Position numbers and translations under genes: made by a program | Shown here: positions 36,348 through 38,391 of the stretch, one piece after another | How positions within the stretch are numbered: position 1 is the stretch's first letter | Layout of the letters: each line of letters starts with the position of its first letter | From: Vulcanimicrobiota bacterium | GTDB taxonomy: Bacteria; Vulcanimicrobiota; SpSt-956; JAKJGF01 | Direction of reading: 5' to 3' | DNA length: 38,391 nt | NCBI GenBank assembly: GCA_040217665.1 | Contig: JBEHWP010000003.1 | Span: 1-38,391 of the forward strand | Notes under the pieces: generated by a model | Seen by the model: only the letters and a program-made list of their open reading frames with translations | The model's database searches: none | Told to the model about the DNA's origin: nothing

Positions 36348-38391
36348 TTAAAAATATTTTTTGCACGAATTCTTTTCACTTATAGCACCGGGTTCCAGAA
36401 GAGTGATTAATTCATTGAAGGCTTTTTTCAAAAAGCCTTTTTTCATATATACCCATGCAAGACCATCAATTACATATTCATTATGAGGAGAAGATTTCTT
36501 AAGTTTTTTATAGCAGGAAAGAACCTCTTCAAAATTATCAGGATTATCTCTCAACATATTCTTATACTTTATTACTTTTTTTTGAATCTTACGGAACCTG
36601 TCAGAATTTTCTTTATTTTTATCATAAGAAATGGAAAGGTCTTTTTTTGTGAGAATCTCATCGGACGGAACAATTGCCGGAGCAGGGTGAAGAACTTCTT
36701 CCACCTGACCTGCACTAAATCTTCTGCCGGAAAATATGAGAGATGACGTATCACTTATAGAAACAGACACTTCTTCCTTATAAGTCTCACAGGGAGCCTT
36801 CTTTTTCTTATCACCTAAATGTACCATTTCTAAAGAATCAATTTCACCGGTGCCGGGAACATAAATGGGAACCTTTGTATCTCGAATCCTCAAATTATTC
36901 ATGATACTGTTCAGATAATACAAATCATTTGCAAGTTTACTGTCATTCTCTGCCGACTGCACTTCATAATCAAGTATTTCGAAAAATCTTGCATCCAGCT
37001 TCTGCCTGTTCATTTGAATGGCAGGAATTAAAGCAGTAAAATCTTTTTCCAGCAATTCCTTAATCAAATTGAGATAAATCCTGTCAGCATGTTTATATTC
37101 AAAGCCCTTCTGTTCCGTCAGATCTGCTTCTTCAAGTTCTCTTGTATCTCTATCTTTAAATATAATATCGGAAGAAATACCGCCGGGAAGTGTTTGAGTA
37201 TCATAATCAGATACTTCGGAAGGAGATTTTGAAGAAACTCCAAAAAGATCATATATGTCCGAGTCGTCTATATCTTTTACTTCTTCAGCACTTACAGGAC
37301 TTCTGGATTTAGCTGTTTTGATTTTCTCTATAGATTTATTAAAGACGGATTTCATACCAATGCTAAAAAACCCTTCTTTGTTTCTTGCAGCAATTAAGGA
37401 GTCGAGAGCATCGGGATTTTCCATTTTGCCAAGAGCTATGGCAGCACCTTTTCTTATATTTACATTTTCGCTCTTCAAACAATCAATTAAACTGTGTAAA
37501 GCCTTTTTCTCTTTAAAATTACTTAAACTCTTTATGGCAGCCAGACAGACGTCATTATTCTGGTCTTTAAGCTTCTTAATCAGAGCATATATAGATGTCG
37601 GATCTTTTATTTTACCAAGGGCATAAACACCTGCCTGCCTTAATATAGGATTATTATCCTCAAGGACTATATCTGCCAGAATAGTTGAAGACCGCCTATC
37701 TCCAAGTTCACCAAGTCTATTTATGGCTTCCAGTTTTGATTTATCATCTTTCAACGAACAGAGCTGATTCATCCATAGATCTACTTCACTCAGTCTTTTT
37801 GTTACAAGGAAATGCTGTCTCATTGCCTGTTCCAACGCTATACCCATTTCACCTGCAGATTGAAATCTGTCTCCCGGTTTAAACTGAAGGGATCTGCGAA
37901 TTATATCATCAAGAGCCTCACTGATTCCAGGAACTATATTATTCATGGGCTTATAATTAAAAAGTTCCTGAGTCGTACCTGTTAAAAGATAATAAAGGGT
38001 AGCCCCCAGGGAAAATATATCACTTGTAGGGGCAACTTTACCTATAAATTGTTCCGGCGACATATATCCCATAGTTCCTATCATAGTCCTGGGACTTCCT
38101 CCTGAACCGTCCTGAAGAGCACAGGCAATACCAAAATCAATGAGAACTATTCTATTATCAGAATTGATCATAATATTTGCCGGTTTCAAATCCCTGTAAA
38201 TTATAGTAGGTTCACAGTTATGAAGATACTCAAGGACTTCAGCAACCTGAATGGCCCATTTTACAACATCTTCCTGTGGTAATCCGGGGTTTCCCTGTTC
38301 CTGTATGAGAGTATCCAGATCATATCCATCGATAAAATCCATAAGAATATAATAACGTTCATTGGAAATAAAATAATCTATAACACCTGGA
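36348..38391 (-). CDS. Hanks-type Ser/Thr protein kinase with HEAT repeats and a C-terminal TPR-like segment; 5' end outside the window
   Basis: IIYRDLKPANIM, DFGIA, GTMGYMSPEQ, SDIFSLG; the frame stays open from 38342 to the edge (PGVIDYFISNERYYILM). Confidence 0.92.
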   Translation of the reverse strand, partial: PGVIDYFISNERYYILMDFIDGYDLDTLIQEQGNPGLPQEDVVKWAIQVAEVLEYLHNCEPTIIYRDLKPANIMINSDNRIVLIDFGIACALQDGSGGSPRTMIGTMGYMSPEQFIGKVAPTSDIFSLGATLYYLLTGTTQELFNYKPMNNIVPGISEALDDIIRRSLQFKPGDRFQSAGEMGIALEQAMRQHFLVTKRLSEVDLWMNQLCSLKDDKSKLEAINRLGELGDRRSSTILADIVLEDNNPILRQAGVYALGKIKDPTSIYALIKKLKDQNNDVCLAAIKSLSNFKEKKALHSLIDCLKSENVNIRKGAAIALGKMENPDALDSLIAARNKEGFFSIGMKSVFNKSIEKIKTAKSRSPVSAEEVKDIDDSDIYDLFGVSSKSPSEVSDYDTQTLPGGISSDIIFKDRDTRELEEADLTEQKGFEYKHADRIYLNLIKELLEKDFTALIPAIQMNRQKLDARFFEILDYEVQSAENDSKLANDLYYLNSIMNNLRIRDTKVPIYVPGTGEIDSLEMVHLGDKKKKAPCETYKEEVSVSISDTSSLIFSGRRFSAGQVEEVLHPAPAIVPSDEILTKKDLSISYDKNKENSDRFRKIQKKVIKYKNMLRDNPDNFEEVLSCYKKLKKSSPHNEYVIDGLAWVYMKKGFLKKAFNELITLLEPGAISEKNSCKKYF

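Overview
AT-rich bacterial chromosomal segment with about 27 genes, almost all on the minus strand; probably a diderm lineage, since it carries LPS genes alongside a Bacillota-like aspS-6S RNA arrangement (taxonomy is inference only). Housekeeping content: aspS with a downstream 6S RNA that the ORF track misses, hisS, accB, iorAB, an aldehyde dehydrogenase, a trmL domain, and an LPS set (lpxB-like, rfaE2, two GT2, GT9, msbA-like). Accessory content: VIT-vWA, HEAT, TPR, JAB and Ser/Thr kinase proteins, a minor-pilin triad whose middle gene is inverted, and an exported-protein cluster (protein ending in Cys-Cys-Cys, apparently inactive 5'-nucleotidase with OB-like repeats, TolB-like propeller, His-rich Ni/Co transporter). 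The main unexplained structure is non-coding. Most intergenic spacers carry 7-bp-period arrays from several sequence families that share a GT(G/A)A core and follow one polarity rule. Some are assembled with REP-like hairpins into dispersed mosaic elements, and some supply the stop codons of flanking genes. No CRISPR array, tRNA, rRNA or transposase gene was seen.
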